DNA of 54,565 nucleotides from Prevotella sp. (GCA_031285625.1 JAITVV010000075.1:1-54565); one strand, 5' to 3'; counted from the first letter of the stretch, positions 39,471 through 49,584 are shown. Numbers and translations are program-made. The notes: a model not told the origin generated them from the letters alone.

Positions 39471-42206
39471 TTAGTCTTTAAATCTGATTGCTGATTGAGC
39501 AGCAGCCAGACGTGCGATTGGCACACGGTATGGAGAACAACTCACATAGTTGAGACCAACACAGTGGCAGAATTCAATAGAAGAAGGTTCACCTCCATGC
39601 TCACCGCAAATACCGACTTTCATATTCGGACGAGTCTGACGGCCTTTCGTTACTGCCGATTTAATCAGTTCGCCAACACCTTCACGGTCTATCGACTGGA
39701 ATGGGTCTACTTTCAGGATGCCTTTTTCCAGATAGATAGGAAGGAATTTACCAACATCGTCACGCGAGAACCCGAATGTCATTTGCGTTAAGTCATTTGT
39801 TCCTAAAGAGAAGAACTCCGCAGATTCGGCCAGCTTGTCAGCGGTAATAGTTGCGCGTGGTGTTTCTACCATAGTACCCACTTCGTAATGTATGCTATCA
39901 CCTGTTTCTGCAAATACTTTTTCTGCTGTAGCACGGATGATATTTTCCTGATATTTCATTTCTGTCAATGATGTAGTCAATGGAACCATGATTTCAGGAT
40001 GAGTTTCGATACCTTTCTTCTTCAGAGCCAGGGCAGCCTGTAAGATCGCGCGTGTCTGCATTTCGGTAATCTCAGGATAAGTGTTTGCAAGGCGGCAACC
40101 ACGGTGCCCCAACATCGGATTCACTTCATGCAGAGCAGATATCTTTTGTTTAACCTTACTTTCTGAAATTTGCATAGCATCCACCATTTCTTCTATACCC
40201 TTAATATCATGAGGCAGGAATTCGTGCAAAGGCGGGTCTAACAGACGAACAGTAACAGGCAGGCCTTTCATGGCAATAAATATACCTTCAAAGTCTTTTT
40301 GCTGCAAAGGAAGAAGTTTTTTCAATGCTTCTTTGCGTTCCTCTGTTGTATCAGCCAGAATCATTTCGCGCATAGCGATAATTTTATCCCCTTCAAAGAA
40401 CATGTGTTCTGTACGGCAGAGTCCTATTCCGATAGCCCCAAAGTTGCGGGCAACATCAGCATCATGCGGAGTATCAGCATTCGCTCTTACTTTCAGGCGG
40501 GTATATTTATCTGTTAGCTTCATCATTTCGGCAAAGTCAGCACTAAGTTCTGCATCTTTAGTACCTACTTTTCCGTCATATACTTCCCCGGTAGTACCAT
40601 TTATAGAAATCCAGTCTCCTTCGCGGTATTCACGATCGCCTACCATTAGTGAACGTCTCTTATAGTTGATGCGCAAGTCTGATACACCCGATACGCAGCA
40701 CTTACCCATACCACGGGCAACTACGGCAGCATGCGATGTCATACCTCCACGCGCAGTAAGAATACCTTCGGCTACTGCCATACCTTTGAGGTCTTCGGCA
40801 GAAGTTTCAATTCTGACAAGGATAACTTTCTTATTTTTATGGTGGCTTGTCTGCCATTCAGCATCATCGGCGAAGAATACGATTTGTCCGGATGCAGCTC
40901 CCGGAGATGCAGGAAGCCCTTTAGCTATAACGGTAGCTTCTTTCAGCGCTTTCGGTTCGAATATAGGGTGCAACAGCTCATCTATCTTTTCAGGTTCCAC
41001 ACGTAGCAAAGCTTCTTCTTCGGATATTAATCCTTCTTTTAACATATCCATTGCAATCTTTACGGCTGCAGCACCTGTGCGTTTTCCGCTACGTGTCTGT
41101 AGCAACCATAGTTTGCTGTCCTGTATAGTGAACTCGAGGTCTTGCATATCTTTGTAGTGAAGCTCGAGTTTCTTCTGTATTTCATTCAGGCTCTTGAATG
41201 TTTCAGGCATCACTTCTTCCAGAGACATACCTCTTTGTTTTCTTTCTTCTTCGGTAACACCCTGTTGCCTTGCCCAGTCATATGAGCCTTGCAGTGTGAT
41301 TTGTTGTGGCGTACGTGTTCCGGCAACTACATCTTCTCCCTGCGCATTGATAAGGAATTCGCCATTGAATACAGGCTCTCCTGTTGCTGCATTACGCGTA
41401 AAGGCAACTCCCGAACCGGAATTATCATTCATATTACCAAATACCATTGCCTGTACATTTACGGCTGTTCCCCATTCGGCAGGAATATTATTCAGTTTGC
41501 GGTAGAAGATAGCACGATCATTCATCCAGCTTTCAAATACAGCCATAATGGCGTTCCAAAGCTGAGTCCAGGGGTCGGTTGGGAAATCCTGCCCTGTTTT
41601 TTCTTTTATTATTTTCTTGAAACGTACAACAAGTTCCTGCAGATCTTCTGTTGTAAATTCAGCGTCTTGTTTTATCCCTTTTTTTTCTTTCAGTTCATCT
41701 ATGATTTCTTCAAATAGATCTTCATCGTCTTTTTCAACAGGCTTCAATCCCATTACAACGTCTCCGTACATCTGGATAAAACGGCGGTATGAATCCCATG
41801 CAAACCGGGGAGTCCCGCTCTTGCGTGCAATGGCTTCTACAGCTTTTTCGTTCAATCCCAGGTTAAGGATAGTATCCATCATACCTGGCATGGAAGCTCT
41901 TGCTCCCGAACGAACTGAAACTAAAAGTGGATTTTCTTCGTCTCCGAATTTTGGGCCGCCCACTACGCGTTCTATATGTTGTATTGCATCTTTTACTTCG
42001 TTTGCCAGAAGTTTAATAACATTTTCTTTTCCTTCTGTGTAAAACAAGTTACAAACTTCTGTAGTAATCGTAAATCCAGGGGGCACCGGTATGCCCATTA
42101 GGCTCATTTCAGCTAAGTTAGCTCCTTTTCCTCCTAATAATTCCTTCATTTTCGCGTTTCCCTCGGTAACTGTACCGCCAAAGACATAAACTGACTTTTC
42201 ACTCAT
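39471..42206 (-). CDS. ppdK: Pyruvate, phosphate dikinase
   Basis: LGGKGANL, SVRSGA.SMPGMMDT, GGMTSHAAVVAR, GLCRTEHMF, GTNDLTQ and CGEHGG motifs. Confidence 0.99.
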   Translation of the reverse strand: MSEKSVYVFGGTVTEGNAKMKELLGGKGANLAEMSLMGIPVPPGFTITTEVCNLFYTEGKENVIKLLANEVKDAIQHIERVVGGPKFGDEENPLLVSVRSGARASMPGMMDTILNLGLNEKAVEAIARKSGTPRFAWDSYRRFIQMYGDVVMGLKPVEKDDEDLFEEIIDELKEKKGIKQDAEFTTEDLQELVVRFKKIIKEKTGQDFPTDPWTQLWNAIMAVFESWMNDRAIFYRKLNNIPAEWGTAVNVQAMVFGNMNDNSGSGVAFTRNAATGEPVFNGEFLINAQGEDVVAGTRTPQQITLQGSYDWARQQGVTEEERKQRGMSLEEVMPETFKSLNEIQKKLELHYKDMQDLEFTIQDSKLWLLQTRSGKRTGAAAVKIAMDMLKEGLISEEEALLRVEPEKIDELLHPIFEPKALKEATVIAKGLPASPGAASGQIVFFADDAEWQTSHHKNKKVILVRIETSAEDLKGMAVAEGILTARGGMTSHAAVVARGMGKCCVSGVSDLRINYKRRSLMVGDREYREGDWISINGTTGEVYDGKVGTKDAELSADFAEMMKLTDKYTRLKVRANADTPHDADVARNFGAIGIGLCRTEHMFFEGDKIIAMREMILADTTEERKEALKKLLPLQQKDFEGIFIAMKGLPVTVRLLDPPLHEFLPHDIKGIEEMVDAMQISESKVKQKISALHEVNPMLGHRGCRLANTYPEITEMQTRAILQAALALKKKGIETHPEIMVPLTTSLTEMKYQENIIRATAEKVFAETGDSIHYEVGTMVETPRATITADKLAESAEFFSLGTNDLTQMTFGFSRDDVGKFLPIYLEKGILKVDPFQSIDREGVGELIKSAVTKGRQTRPNMKVGICGEHGGEPSSIEFCHCVGLNYVSCSPYRVPIARLAAAQSAIRFKD

Positions 42207-42434
42207 ACTGTCAAGATTTTTAAAAGGTTAGATAATATTATTAACGTGTTTTTTATGATATCAGTAACTTTTTCTTTTCTTAGACATCCTTTTTCTGGTT
42301 TTTTGAGCATCTTTTTCCCTCTTTTTCATGGTTTAGCCTGCTAAAGCTTGTGGGTAAGAATTAAAGAATCTATCTCAAAATAATCCGAAGGAGAATGTTA
42401 GTAATTTTTAAATAGTTACTTCGTATTGTGTAAA

Positions 42435-42469
42435 AAATCGATTGACTATCTGGTATAGTCAATCGATTT
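42435..42469. promoter_or_regulatory. 15-bp perfect inverted repeat upstream of ppdK
   Basis: AAATCGATTGACTAT-ctggt-ATAGTCAATCGATTT. Confidence 0.6.
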
Positions 42470-42536
42470 CAATATTAGGAAAAAATAATCGGAAAACAAA
42501 GTATTTTAGTGTAAATTAATATGGTTATAAAACATA

Positions 42537-42567
42537 ATAAACCCGATACAACTTGTATCGGGTTTAT
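42537..42567 (-). terminator. Terminator after the NCS2 permease
   Basis: ATAAACCCGATACA/TGTATCGGGTTTAT stem. Confidence 0.8.
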
Positions 42568-42618
42568 ATGAAATTGCTAGTATTTATTCGTAAAATAAGT
42601 TGATTTAACAAATGCCGG

Positions 42619-43941
42619 CTAACCGATTACATGCATTGCATCCAATACAATTTTCAATAAGAACAGAACAGCTATAACATACACTGTGACAGATACATCT
42701 TTGAATTTCCCGGCACACACCTTAATAAACGCAAAGCTCAGCATACCAAATACTATACCTTCGGCGATGCTGTATGTGAAAGGCATAAATACGATAGTAA
42801 GGAATGCGGGTAGCCCCTCACTCATATCATTGAAATTGATTTTTGCAACTGATGATATCATAAATAGCCCGACGATAATCAGTGCAGGTGATGTAGCAGC
42901 TGCCGGAACCATCAGGAACAGTGGTGCAAAAAATAATGCCAGAATAAAGAAGAAAGCGGTGCTTACGGAAGTCAGGCCTGTACGTCCGCCGGATGCTACA
43001 CCCGATGCACTTTCTACATATGCGGTGATGGTACTTGTTCCCAGAATAGAGCCTACGGTGGTCCCCAGGGCATCGGAGAACAAGGCTCTCTTCATTTGAG
43101 GAAAATTTCCATCTTCGTCTGCAAGTCCGGCTTTAGATACAACGCCAATGAGTGTACCTACCGTATCGAACAGGTTTACAAATAGAAGAGTGAATACTGC
43201 CACGACCATATTGAATGACAGGATATGATCCCATTCGAATTGCGCAAATATGGGAGCAATAGATGGCGGTGTAGTGATTATACTACCATCAGGGAATTTG
43301 ACATCTCCCAATATAATGCCAAAAACAGTGGCTACAACTATACCAATCAGTATGGAGCCGTTAACGTTTCTGACAAACAAAACAGCAGTAATCAGAAGTC
43401 CCAGGAATGCAATCCATATACTATGTTGTGAAAAGTCGCCCAGTGCAACCAGGGTAGCCGGACTTGAGACCACTATACCTGCATTTTTTAATCCTATCAG
43501 TGTAATGAATAGGCCTATTCCGACCGGTATCGCGTCTTTCAGTACTTTTGGTATACTTTTTACTATCAGTTCACGTACATTGAAGAATGTGAGCAGAATA
43601 AATATGATTCCCTCGATGAATACGGCTGTCAGGGCAAATTGCCACGAGTATCCCATTACGCCACATATTGTAAATGCAAAGAATGCGTTTAATCCCATGC
43701 CCGGTGCCTGAGCTATAGGTATTTTTGCGTATAACGCCATCATCAGGGTAGCAAAAATAGTGGCGAGGGCTGTAGATGTGAATAGAGCATCTTTATCCAT
43801 TCCTGTGGTCGACAATATGCTTGGATTGACTATCAGGATGTATGACATGGTGAGGAAAGTAATAAGGCCGGCAATGAACTCCTTGCGTATGGTCGTATTA
43901 TTTTCTGCGAGTTTGAATGTTTTCTCTAATAGATTTTTCAT
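42619..43941 (-). CDS. NCS2 family (AzgA-like) purine permease
   Basis: FLTMSYILIVNP, APGMGLNAFF, FDTVGT and YVESASG..SGGRTGL motifs. Confidence 0.96.
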   Translation of the reverse strand: MKNLLEKTFKLAENNTTIRKEFIAGLITFLTMSYILIVNPSILSTTGMDKDALFTSTALATIFATLMMALYAKIPIAQAPGMGLNAFFAFTICGVMGYSWQFALTAVFIEGIIFILLTFFNVRELIVKSIPKVLKDAIPVGIGLFITLIGLKNAGIVVSSPATLVALGDFSQHSIWIAFLGLLITAVLFVRNVNGSILIGIVVATVFGIILGDVKFPDGSIITTPPSIAPIFAQFEWDHILSFNMVVAVFTLLFVNLFDTVGTLIGVVSKAGLADEDGNFPQMKRALFSDALGTTVGSILGTSTITAYVESASGVASGGRTGLTSVSTAFFFILALFFAPLFLMVPAAATSPALIIVGLFMISSVAKINFNDMSEGLPAFLTIVFMPFTYSIAEGIVFGMLSFAFIKVCAGKFKDVSVTVYVIAVLFLLKIVLDAMHVIG

Positions 43942-43953
43942 TATTCTTATGTC

Positions 43954-44667
43954 TTAGAAGTTCCACTTGGCTGCAATAGTTGGATTCATATAAACCTTAT
44001 TTGTTCCTGTAATAAAGTTGTTACTTATTTCAATCTCCGTTCCTAATGCCAGATTTGAAGAAACATTATACCAGAATTGAGGTTCTGTAAGGAGGATTAT
44101 TTTTTTTCCGTCACGGTCTACTCCATGAACAGTATTTTTATCCTGCGTCCATAAGTCAAAGAAGCCATTTACGCGAACCTTATTATTAAACAAATCAACG
44201 CCCCAGGTAAATGTCCATTGCACATCATTACTTACTCTTTGGAATGCATTATATTTATAAACTAAATATGTGCTCAGCGTTAGTCCTTTTATATTTGTAG
44301 CATAAGATGCTCCGGCCATATAAGCATTTGCAATAGAAAATCCGAAATTTTCGGCTTTACCGACGCCACCATTAAACTCAACGTGAGCCATAATGGGACT
44401 CTTTCCTAATTTCAGGTCACGGGCAATCTCTAGATACATAGTTCCGATATTTCCCCGGCTCTGGTTAAAGTCTAAATCAACAAACATGAACGTAGAACCC
44501 CATTTATCCGGTTTGAACATTTCGAATGTTGCCGTGAAATAATTCTTCTCCGAAACTTTGTCTCCATGCAGGCCATGACGAGGGTCGAAATGTAACTGCA
44601 GATTCTGTGCATACACTGAAAAAGAAGACACTAGTAAGATTAAAAGAAAGAGTGTTTTTTTTAGCAT
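43954..44667 (-). CDS. DUF5020 / Tsx-like outer-membrane nucleoside channel
   Basis: Signal peptide, QNLQLHFD, EMFKPDKWGSTFMFVD, EPQFWYN, terminal WNF; -7 box at 44694-44701. Confidence 0.85.
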   Translation of the reverse strand: MLKKTLFLLILLVSSFSVYAQNLQLHFDPRHGLHGDKVSEKNYFTATFEMFKPDKWGSTFMFVDLDFNQSRGNIGTMYLEIARDLKLGKSPIMAHVEFNGGVGKAENFGFSIANAYMAGASYATNIKGLTLSTYLVYKYNAFQRVSNDVQWTFTWGVDLFNNKVRVNGFFDLWTQDKNTVHGVDRDGKKIILLTEPQFWYNVSSNLALGTEIEISNNFITGTNKVYMNPTIAAKWNF

Positions 44668-44835
44668 TGTTGTATTATTTATGAATTAAGATGCAAAAAT
44701 AAATAAAAAATAGTTTTAAAAACATAACTATACTTATTTAACAGAAGAAATTTATTAACAACAATTTAAGGGCTTCTGGGTATTGGCTTTTATAACTTTG
44801 TTGAATGAATTATTTCTAAAAAATTATATATTTGT

Positions 44836-44865
44836 TTTGAAATATAAAAAAATGTCATACCTTTG
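44836..44865 (+). promoter_or_regulatory. Primary-sigma promoter of the tRNA
   Basis: TTTG (44836-44839) and TACCTTTG (44858-44865). Confidence 0.8.
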
Positions 44866-44883
44866 CACCGCTATAAGCAAAAA

Positions 44884-44958
44884 CGGGATGTAGCGCAGTC
44901 CGGTTAGCGCACCTGCTTTGGGAGCAGGGGGTCCCAGGTTCGAATCCTGGTATCCCGA
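44884..44958 (+). tRNA. tRNA-Pro(TGG)
   Basis: Acceptor CGGGATG/TATCCCG, anticodon arm CCTGC-TTTGGGA-GCAGG, T arm CCAGG-TTCGAAT-CCTGG; CCA not encoded. Confidence 0.98.
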
Positions 44959-44966
44959 CGATTGAA

Positions 44967-45006
44967 AAAGAGACACTTACAGAGATGTAAGTGTCTCTTT
45001 ATTTTT
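44967..45006 (+). terminator. Hairpin terminator after the tRNA (left edge of the island)
   Basis: 15-bp stem AAAGAGACACTTACA/TGTAAGTGTCTCTTT with GAGA loop and T tail. Confidence 0.85.
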
Positions 45007-45120
45007 ATGGGCGTGACGAATCCGTGACGTTTCAGAATGTTAAATAATACAAACACCCTACAATCTACACCTCTATTTTACCTAATTTTCAGCTTTAGAT
45101 TTAATTGATTTTGGTTGAAT

Positions 45121-46098
45121 ATGACAGCAGAAGAAAAGGCTTATTTACTAAAATGGAATATCGAGATTGAGAATGCTCCATTTGAAGATGCTCATTTTAT
45201 TGAAATAATGAAGAAATATAAGGGCTTAAAAGATGATGATATAGATATTCTATTTCGATACGGATATAATATTATTTCGGGAGTGTTTAAAAATTGTATT
45301 TCCTTGTCAAAGGATGGTATTTACCATAAATGCAAAGAGTATTATAGCTTGTTGAGATATTTAGACGAAAATCCCAAGACAAATATTAAATTCACCCCTT
45401 TCAATTCCAGCCGAGAAGAAAAGCTATTTCCATATAATACTATGATTAACGAAACTTTATACGATGGGATAAAGTTAATATTGGAAAATGAGATAATCCG
45501 ATTTTTTATGATTGGATTTAGTGAGAGTTACGTTAAAAAATTGTATTCCAAAGAAAAATACTCTTCAATCCCAGATATTCAGTACTTAAAAGAGAAATAT
45601 CCAAAGCAAGATGATTTTGTTATAAAATTTAGAGAAGACATAGAATATTTGTCTTCCGATTTAGAATTTGTTAAGTCCATGCTCCAAGTCTTAGAGTTGG
45701 ATATTGACGATTTAGAAAGAGAACCAAAAATGTCTAATAGATTTGCAGACACATATAATGTGATATATACTTTGATTGACCCACAAAAAGCATCAAGAAT
45801 TTGTCATTTACAGATTCAAGAAATTGCATTATTCTTGATGATAGATGAATTTCTTAGTTCCGATGTTCAATCCATACAAGAAATAACATTACAAGATTGG
45901 CAATGTAAAGTTATTTTTGAAGTGTTGTCTTTTTTCAAATTGTATAGCTTTTCCAAGAATAATATTGCTAAATCTGTGAGAAGACGATTCAACCATTTCA
46001 AAGAACTTAAAAATATGGAAAAAGAACAAGCTATTATTGAGGAAAAGATCATTACAGTTGATAGCTATATAATTAAGAAAAGATTTTCAAAAAAATGA
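45121..46098 (+). CDS. Hypothetical protein (island)
   Basis: Long AT-rich ORF, ATG 45121, no recognised motif. Confidence 0.75.
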   Translation: MTAEEKAYLLKWNIEIENAPFEDAHFIEIMKKYKGLKDDDIDILFRYGYNIISGVFKNCISLSKDGIYHKCKEYYSLLRYLDENPKTNIKFTPFNSSREEKLFPYNTMINETLYDGIKLILENEIIRFFMIGFSESYVKKLYSKEKYSSIPDIQYLKEKYPKQDDFVIKFREDIEYLSSDLEFVKSMLQVLELDIDDLEREPKMSNRFADTYNVIYTLIDPQKASRICHLQIQEIALFLMIDEFLSSDVQSIQEITLQDWQCKVIFEVLSFFKLYSFSKNNIAKSVRRRFNHFKELKNMEKEQAIIEEKIITVDSYIIKKRFSKK

Positions 46099-46205
46099 AT
46101 TGAAACTTTGTACATAAATTTATATTAAAAAGGTTTCATTATCACCGTGTATTTTTACTTGCATCTGGTTGTATGTTTGCGAAAAGAATTCAAAAATATG
46201 CAATT

Positions 46206-46547
46206 ATGAATACAAGATTTGAAGAATTAAGAAACAAGCCTTTAGCTTTGCTTACAGTTGAAGAATTCCTTGAATTACAACAAGGACAGAAACAGGAATC
46301 TCCCCGACAAACCTATATATCGGATATTATAGGAATTGAAGAAGCCGTTATTCTTACAGGCTATAAAAAATCTACCCTATATAGGAAAACATCAACCAAT
46401 GCTATTCCTTTTCATAAGCGAAGCAACAAAGTTGTATTTAAACGTTCCGAACTTGAAGCATGGATGCTTGAGAATCGACAAGAAACAATTGACGAAAGGG
46501 TGAAAAGATTAGACCAACAATTCTTATCCAAAAAACAAAAAGCATAG
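46206..46547 (+). CDS. Excisionase-like HTH (HTH_17) DNA-binding protein
   Basis: IGIEEAVILTGYKKSTLYRKTS..IPFHKR..FKRSELEAW; -7 box TATGTTTG at 46172-46179 supports ATG 46206. Confidence 0.88.
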   Translation: MNTRFEELRNKPLALLTVEEFLELQQGQKQESPRQTYISDIIGIEEAVILTGYKKSTLYRKTSTNAIPFHKRSNKVVFKRSELEAWMLENRQETIDERVKRLDQQFLSKKQKA

Positions 46548-46640
46548 GGTTAGCCGACCTTATGCTTTAATTAATTACTCATTGTTTAATAATTATTTTC
46601 GCTTTTTTCAGAGAAAGCGAAGATACAAAATAATCTGTAT

Positions 46641-47858
46641 ATGATTGAGAATCCATATATAAGAGTTGCCACATCTTACTTAAAAAAAGTAGAAAAACCT
46701 CTGATGTCAAAAGATACAGTAGAGATTCTTATTCCATGGAATAAGGATACTATTATATCAGACCACGGCAAAGACTATTTATCTAAAATACCCTGTTTTG
46801 ATGGGTTTTGCTGTATTCCGTCACATATAAATTATCAACAACAAATAGGGACATTCTATAATCAGTATTATGAGCTTAAATATAAACCAAAAGCAGGCGA
46901 TTGTAGTCTGACATTAGAATTTATCAGACATATATTTCAGTCTCAATACGAAATAGGCTTAGATTATTTAAAAATACTATATGAGCATCCGCATCAGATA
47001 TTGCCTATTTTGTGTTTAGTCAGTTCAGAGAGAGGTACAGGAAAAACAACATTTTTAAATTTCTTGAAAATGATTTTCGATAAAAATATGACGCTCAATA
47101 CAAATGATGATTTCCGTTCGCAATTCAATTCTGATTGGGCAAACAAGTTAATTATTGCAATTGATGAAGTCTTATTGGATAAACGGGAGGATTCAGAACG
47201 AATCAAAAACTTGTCAACTGCCCGACAATTTAAAGCAGAAGCCAAAGGAAAAGACCGCCAAGAAATTGAGTTTTTCGGAAAGTTTATATTGTGTTCCAAT
47301 AATGAGACCAGTTTCATTTATCTTGATAAAGAAGAAATTCGATATTGGGTAATACAAGTGCCACCTTTTTGTGAGTCACTTAAAAATAAATTAGATACTC
47401 TGATGGATATTCTTAAATCTGAAATACCTATGTTCCTGTATTTTTTGATAAATAGAGAATACTCAACACAAAAACAGTCAAGAATGTGGTTCACGCCTAA
47501 GCAAATAGAAACAAAGGCTTTATTTCGCCTTAAACAATCAAATACAAGTTTTGTGGAACGGGAAATTGCCGATATCCTATTTTATATTTTGGAACGAAGA
47601 GAATTGGATAAAGTACAATTTCAGATACAGGATATAGTTATATCAATGGAAAATCGGAGAGTCAGAAAAAGTATATCATATTCAGACATTCAATCTGTCG
47701 TCAAAACAAATTGGGGGCTAATCTCGAAAAATTCATCATACACAAAGTATATAATATGTTATGATGGAGAAATAATATCTTCGGTTCAGAAAGGGCGATT
47801 CTATACAATAACTAAACTCTTTCTTATTGAAAATTTTGTTGACTTGTTGAACTTATAG
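46641..47858 (+). CDS. Primase-helicase family P-loop NTPase (DUF5906-like)
   Basis: Walker A ERGTGKTT, Walker B IAIDE, CSNN and IRYWV; typical of Bacteroidota mobilizable elements. Confidence 0.85.
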   Translation: MIENPYIRVATSYLKKVEKPLMSKDTVEILIPWNKDTIISDHGKDYLSKIPCFDGFCCIPSHINYQQQIGTFYNQYYELKYKPKAGDCSLTLEFIRHIFQSQYEIGLDYLKILYEHPHQILPILCLVSSERGTGKTTFLNFLKMIFDKNMTLNTNDDFRSQFNSDWANKLIIAIDEVLLDKREDSERIKNLSTARQFKAEAKGKDRQEIEFFGKFILCSNNETSFIYLDKEEIRYWVIQVPPFCESLKNKLDTLMDILKSEIPMFLYFLINREYSTQKQSRMWFTPKQIETKALFRLKQSNTSFVEREIADILFYILERRELDKVQFQIQDIVISMENRRVRKSISYSDIQSVVKTNWGLISKNSSYTKYIICYDGEIISSVQKGRFYTITKLFLIENFVDLLNL

Positions 47859-48003
47859 TTTATTGAATTGATATACAGCAGTATAATGGTCAACAAAAAG
47901 TCGACATCTCTTCAACAGAAGTAACAATTATCCATTGTTGACATTAATGTTGACTGTAAATCATTGAATATCAATCCCTGTCAACAAATCAACAGATTCA
48001 ACA
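47837..48003. repeat. Array of TGTTGA/TCAACA hexamers
   Basis: TGTTGA at 47837, 47845, 47936, 47948; TCAACA at 47890, 47912, 47981, 47989, 47998; TCGACA at 47901. Confidence 0.85.
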
Positions 48004-48232
48004 ATAAATTTATCCGTTAGCAGAAGAGAAGACAGTTTTATCACCTTTTTTCTTTTGTTTCTCTCTCATATATTTTGTAGAGTTGATTAGCAAGAGGGGA
48101 ACGTCACAAAGTAACATTCCGAAGACTAAGCATAGCTTAATCAGTTAATTACAATATAACATAAAACCCGATAAAGTAACATTTAAAACAAAAGGGAAGA
48201 AAAATGACTGTTTCACAGAAGATTATAAAATT

Positions 48233-48700
48233 ATGGAACATAAAATAATACGAATCTCGCCTACATTACATGCAGAATTTAAGAATCTCGTAAAAAAGCA
48301 CTCTGACTTAAACCTATCACTTGCAACAGAGATATTGATAAAAGATGCACTTAAACGAGGTGAAATAAAAGAATCGAATCAGACAGCATATAAGGCAATA
48401 AAAGAATTAGACCAGACTTTTCGTAAATGGATGCGACAACAAGAGAAAACTCATTTGAGTAAAATATCAGAAGAATTACTTGCTTTAGCCCATGAGTTGC
48501 GAGATACTACAACTAAACAGGATTTGAAGCTACAAAGTGAGAAAATAGCTAATGCTTTTGAAAAATCCTATGAGTATATATCAAAAATTATAATTGAAGA
48601 CTATTCAAAGACAAAATCAGAACTAATAGAATTAAAGTCTGCGATTGACGAGTTATCCAAAATTATAGATAAAAAGCTGACAAAGAAATTACTTAGCTGA
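48233..48700 (+). CDS. Mobilization accessory protein (RHH-like N-terminus, BfmA/MobC-like)
   Basis: KIIRISPTLHAEFKNL followed by coiled coil; coupled to the relaxase by TGATG overlap. Confidence 0.65.
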   Translation: MEHKIIRISPTLHAEFKNLVKKHSDLNLSLATEILIKDALKRGEIKESNQTAYKAIKELDQTFRKWMRQQEKTHLSKISEELLALAHELRDTTTKQDLKLQSEKIANAFEKSYEYISKIIIEDYSKTKSELIELKSAIDELSKIIDKKLTKKLLS

Positions 48701-49455
48701 TGTATACTAAAATCATAAATCCTAAAGTTCATGGGAAATCAGCTTATAATAATACTGGCTCATGTGTTGCTTTGGTTAATTATCTGAATAAAGAGAATAA
48801 AGCATTACAACTTATTGATAATGAATTATTCTTCGACCAATATCGGAATAATGCAACATCAAATGAAGTACTGCAAACCATAGACAACAGTCATAAAGGA
48901 TTAAGAAAAGACACCCTAAAATTTCATAGCCTTGTTATTGCTCCAACGGCTCAAGAGCTATATCATATCAGACAAAGTACGGAGTATATGAAAGATTATA
49001 CACGGGCTGTTATGGAACAATATGCACAAAGTTTCAATTTGCCGAATGGAAAACGATTATCAAGTGATGATTTAGTTTGGTTTGCTAAGTTAGAGTATAT
49101 GAGAAATGGCGAACTATCCGCTAATAGTATGCATATTCATATTATCGTTTCAGCACGGGATAAAAGCCAAAGTATTACCCTCAATCCTAATATCAATAAC
49201 CGAAATCGCTTTAATCGAGTACAGTTCTATTTGAAAAGTGAGAAAATATTTGATAATATGTTCGGATTCAAGCGGAAAGAATCTCTGTTGTACAATCATC
49301 AAGTAAAAAGATATGGTTCTCTCTCGGAAAGATTATCTTTATATAAAGATAACCAAAAGTCAAAAGAAGCTATTCATAACTTAGTAGGTATATTTGAAAA
49401 TCTTGATTATGGAAATGAACAGGATAATACGAGAAAGAGGAGGAGAACAAGATAG
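48700..49455 (+). CDS. Relaxase (DUF5712/MobB-like)
   Basis: N-terminal LVNYLNKE, KFHSLVIAP, HUH motif MHIHIIVS. Confidence 0.85.
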   Translation: MYTKIINPKVHGKSAYNNTGSCVALVNYLNKENKALQLIDNELFFDQYRNNATSNEVLQTIDNSHKGLRKDTLKFHSLVIAPTAQELYHIRQSTEYMKDYTRAVMEQYAQSFNLPNGKRLSSDDLVWFAKLEYMRNGELSANSMHIHIIVSARDKSQSITLNPNINNRNRFNRVQFYLKSEKIFDNMFGFKRKESLLYNHQVKRYGSLSERLSLYKDNQKSKEAIHNLVGIFENLDYGNEQDNTRKRRRTR

Positions 49456-49499
49456 CTTAAAAGATAAATCATTCTTTATTTACACTTTAAAAATGTAAA

Positions 49500-49581
49500 T
49501 GGATTACAAATATTAGACATGAAATAGTGTAATTTCGATTTTTATCTTTAAATTTACAATTGGATTACAAATATTAGACAT
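49500..49581 (+). repeat. Two perfect 21-bp direct repeats upstream of rloA
   Basis: TGGATTACAAATATTAGACAT at 49500-49520 and 49561-49581. Confidence 0.9.
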
Positions 49582-49584
49582 AAA

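Noticed and set aside
39495-43957. Many plus-strand ORFs overlapping ppdK and the NCS2 permease
   Set aside because: Antisense shadows of conserved genes with no protein motifs
44668-44880. Purine riboswitch ahead of the Tsx-like/NCS2 operon
   Set aside because: The -7 box is only about 27 nt from the start codon and no aptamer-like sequence is visible
49500-49581. CRISPR array
   Set aside because: Only two repeat copies, not palindromic, and no cas genes in the window; kept as a direct repeat
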